Part shown: one piece after another, positions 61,903 through 64,000 of the stretch
Position numbering within the stretch: the first letter of the stretch is position 1
Layout: every line of letters begins with the position of its first letter
Assembly (NCBI GenBank): GCA_038252165.1
Contig: JBBSAP010000004.1
Location: forward strand, 16,504 to 80,503
Direction: 5' to 3'
Source: Bacteroidales bacterium
Lineage (GTDB): Bacteria; Bacteroidota; Bacteroidia; Bacteroidales; VadinHA17
Length of the DNA stretch: 64,000 nt
Notes under the pieces: generated by a model
Told to the model about the DNA's origin: nothing
The model's database searches: none
Seen by the model: the letters and a program-made list of their open reading frames with translations, nothing else
Position numbers and translations under genes: made by a program

Positions 61903-62394
61903 ATGATAAAGAAGATTATTTCTCTCTCGGTTATTGCTTTGTTGGTTTTATCATGCGGAAATAAAAATAAGAAAGAGGTTGCTAAGAGCGCTGGCGCTTC
62001 AGAATCAGTAAAAGTCGAATTTGCCTCACTGATTGCCAATCCGTCAGAGTATGTCGGAAAAACCATAAGTGTTGAAGGCAAAGTCGTTCATGTCTGCACT
62101 CAAAGCGGCAAAAAATTGTTTATCACCGGAGAAAATCCTGATGTCAGGCTGTATATTCAGGCCGGGGAAGATATGCCGAAGTTTCCGATGGAATTGCTTG
62201 GAAGTGAAATAGTAGTTGAAGGTACGCTTACACAGCCTGTCGCTGCTGCCATGGATGGAGGAGAAGGGATGCCTCATGGTGAAGGAATGGCTAAAACTGC
62301 AGGTGCCGATACATGCGAAACTTCAAAAGCGCTTGCCTCCCAGCCTGTTTTATCGGATCTTATGATGATCTATAACAAGCATGTTGTTAAATAG
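61903..62394 (+). CDS. hypothetical lipoprotein
   Basis: LVLSCGNK lipobox, 163 aa, followed by an intrinsic terminator. Confidence 0.45.
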   Translation: MIKKIISLSVIALLVLSCGNKNKKEVAKSAGASESVKVEFASLIANPSEYVGKTISVEGKVVHVCTQSGKKLFITGENPDVRLYIQAGEDMPKFPMELLGSEIVVEGTLTQPVAAAMDGGEGMPHGEGMAKTAGADTCETSKALASQPVLSDLMMIYNKHVVK

Positions 62395-62416
62395 AGCCTT
62401 TAAAGAAAACTAATTA

Positions 62417-62443
62417 AAAGGTCAGCCTAAAACTGACCTTTTT
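62417..62443 (+). terminator. rho-independent terminator
   Basis: aaaggtcag-cctaaaa-ctgaccttt stem-loop with a T-tail. Confidence 0.7.
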
Positions 62444-62456
62444 CAATTTCATCTTT

Positions 62457-63005
62457 ATGAACATTACTAAATTCAACAGGATAACTCATCGTGATATAGG
62501 ATACCTGATAGCCGGACTTACAATAATTTATGCGATCTCGGGAATTGCTCTGAATCATAAGCATGACTGGAATCCGAATTACATTATTGAAAATTCCGGA
62601 TTTAAAACTGATATGAATATCACCAGGGAAACCCTTAATAAAGAGACTGCGCTGGAAATTCTGAAAGATGTCCCTGGTGCCCCGGAATACAAAACCTGGT
62701 ATTTTCCGTCAGGGAACATTCTTACAATATTTATTGAAGGAGGCTCAGTAAGAATTAATACAAATACAGGTGATGGTACCATCGAAAGAATCAGCAAGAG
62801 GCCTCTTTTCTACCAATTGAACTTTCTGCATTACAATCCCGGCAGATGGTGGAAGTATTTCAGCGATATATTCTGTATTTCCCTGATTCTGGTCACTGTC
62901 ACAGGTCTGTTCCTGGTAAAAGGGAAAAACGGGATCACCCGGAGGGGGGCGATCCTGACGGTCATTGGCCTTATACTTCCGTTACTGTTTCTTTTTATAT
63001 ACTAA
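62457..63005 (+). CDS. PepSY-associated TM helix family protein
   Basis: N-terminal HRDIGYLIAGLTIIYAISGIALNH motif, a second TM helix near the C-terminus, 182 aa. Confidence 0.6.
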   Translation: MNITKFNRITHRDIGYLIAGLTIIYAISGIALNHKHDWNPNYIIENSGFKTDMNITRETLNKETALEILKDVPGAPEYKTWYFPSGNILTIFIEGGSVRINTNTGDGTIERISKRPLFYQLNFLHYNPGRWWKYFSDIFCISLILVTVTGLFLVKGKNGITRRGAILTVIGLILPLLFLFIY

Positions 63006-64000
63006 ATCTTTTTGATCGCCTCTAATATCCGGGCCGGTGTCATTGGCATCCTGTAAAGCCTGGCGCCTGTTGCATCAAAAATTGCATTTCCAACTGCAGC
63101 ACCCACTGCAATAATGGCTGGTTCACCTCCGCCTTTCGGTGGTTTATCCTTTCTTTCCAGAATAACGCAATCCATCTTTGGGGTCCAGGAAAAACGAGGG
63201 ATTTCATAAGTGTCAAACCCACGGTCTTTTATGTCTCCCCCCTCGAACATGACTTCTTCGGTGAGGGTATAGCCAAGTCCCATCTGGATACAGCCTTCCA
63301 TCTGGATCAATGCACCCTGGGGATTTACGCATAATCCCATATCCTGTGCGCATGCGACGCGCACAACTTTAACCTTGCCTGTTGACTTATCAATTTTAAT
63401 CTCTGCGATCATAGCAACCCATGTCCCGGCATCAGTTCCGCATGCCATGCCTATCCCCCTTCCACTGGGGCCTTTCCCGGAAACATAACCGAATTTATCG
63501 GCAACAGCTTTCCAGCAGGCGATCATCTTTTCATCCTTCAGGTTTTTAAGCCGGAACTCCAATGGATCAATACCGGCCTCCGCTGCCATTATATCTATCT
63601 GAGATTCCCTTGCAAATGTATTTGAATTGTTGTTCGGAGCCCGCCATGCACCTGTCCCAAACGGATGTATGGTAACTGAATTCATATTCTGGCTGTAGCT
63701 TGTTGTTCTGGAGTTTGGAACATCATATATAGTATCGGAGCCTCTTGAGCCTCCATAGTATAAATTATAATCCCATAATGTTATCATGCCTGATTTATCA
63801 ATACCTGATTTGATCCTTATTACTCCAGCAGGGTGAAAAGTGTCATAAAAGAATTCTTCATCACGTGTCCATACCACCATTACCGGTTTACCGCTCAGCT
63901 TTGCAAGCCTGGCAGCTTCCACACCCTGCTGATATGCACTTTTCCCGCCGAAACCTCCTCCTACAAATGGCGCTATGACCCTTACCTTTTCCAGTGGGAA
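63002..64000 (-). CDS. molybdopterin-binding subunit of a xanthine dehydrogenase/aldehyde oxidase-family oxidoreductase (partial; N-terminus beyond the window)
   Basis: The frame stays open to position 64000 (FPLEKVRVIAPFVGGGFGGKS...). The C-terminal GGGEPAI motif is typical of the family. Confidence 0.8.
   Translation of the reverse strand, partial: FPLEKVRVIAPFVGGGFGGKSAYQQGVEAARLAKLSGKPVMVVWTRDEEFFYDTFHPAGVIRIKSGIDKSGMITLWDYNLYYGGSRGSDTIYDVPNSRTTSYSQNMNSVTIHPFGTGAWRAPNNNSNTFARESQIDIMAAEAGIDPLEFRLKNLKDEKMIACWKAVADKFGYVSGKGPSGRGIGMACGTDAGTWVAMIAEIKIDKSTGKVKVVRVACAQDMGLCVNPQGALIQMEGCIQMGLGYTLTEEVMFEGGDIKDRGFDTYEIPRFSWTPKMDCVILERKDKPPKGGGEPAIIAVGAAVGNAIFDATGARLYRMPMTPARILEAIKKI

Overview
This 64-kb segment looks chromosomal and Bacteroidota-like. 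That placement is inferred from a T9SS C-terminal sorting domain, many TAT-signal Gfo/Idh/MocA and xylose-isomerase-like TIM-barrel proteins, DUF5107/DUF3472/DUF362 families and AT-rich spacers without Shine-Dalgarno sites. I support about 43 protein-coding genes, most of them for carbohydrate or cyclitol catabolism and envelope functions. I saw no rRNA, tRNA, CRISPR array, transposase, integrase or phage gene. The largest functional unit is a nine-gene minus-strand myo-inositol catabolic operon (4843-15618): a PLC-like phosphodiesterase, a Na+/solute symporter, a transaldolase-family gene, iolB, iolD, mmsA/iolA, iolE, iolG and a CBM9-like protein. The canonical kinase and aldolase (iolC, iolJ) are absent from the window. 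Other content includes two GH2 glycosidases (one with a LamG-like insertion), DUF5107-TPR, an AGE-family epimerase, a CotH-T9SS protein, M16 and M1 peptidases, PBP1A, a YidE/YbjL transporter and a partial molybdopterin oxidoreductase subunit at the right edge. The items most worth a second look are: (1) the iol operon variant; (2) a family of nested palindromic intergenic elements with conserved outer arms and variable GC-rich inner hairpins, in at least four copies; (3) short-period tandem repeats that are stop-free in every frame, located in operon spacers and forming the C-terminal tail of a subtilase; (4) a two-domain thioredoxin-fold gene interrupted by one in-frame TGA at a normally conserved Trp; (5) a leaderless S8 peptidase tightly coupled to a small 4-TM protein. 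All functional calls rest on motifs I recognised by eye in the supplied translations. No database search was run.
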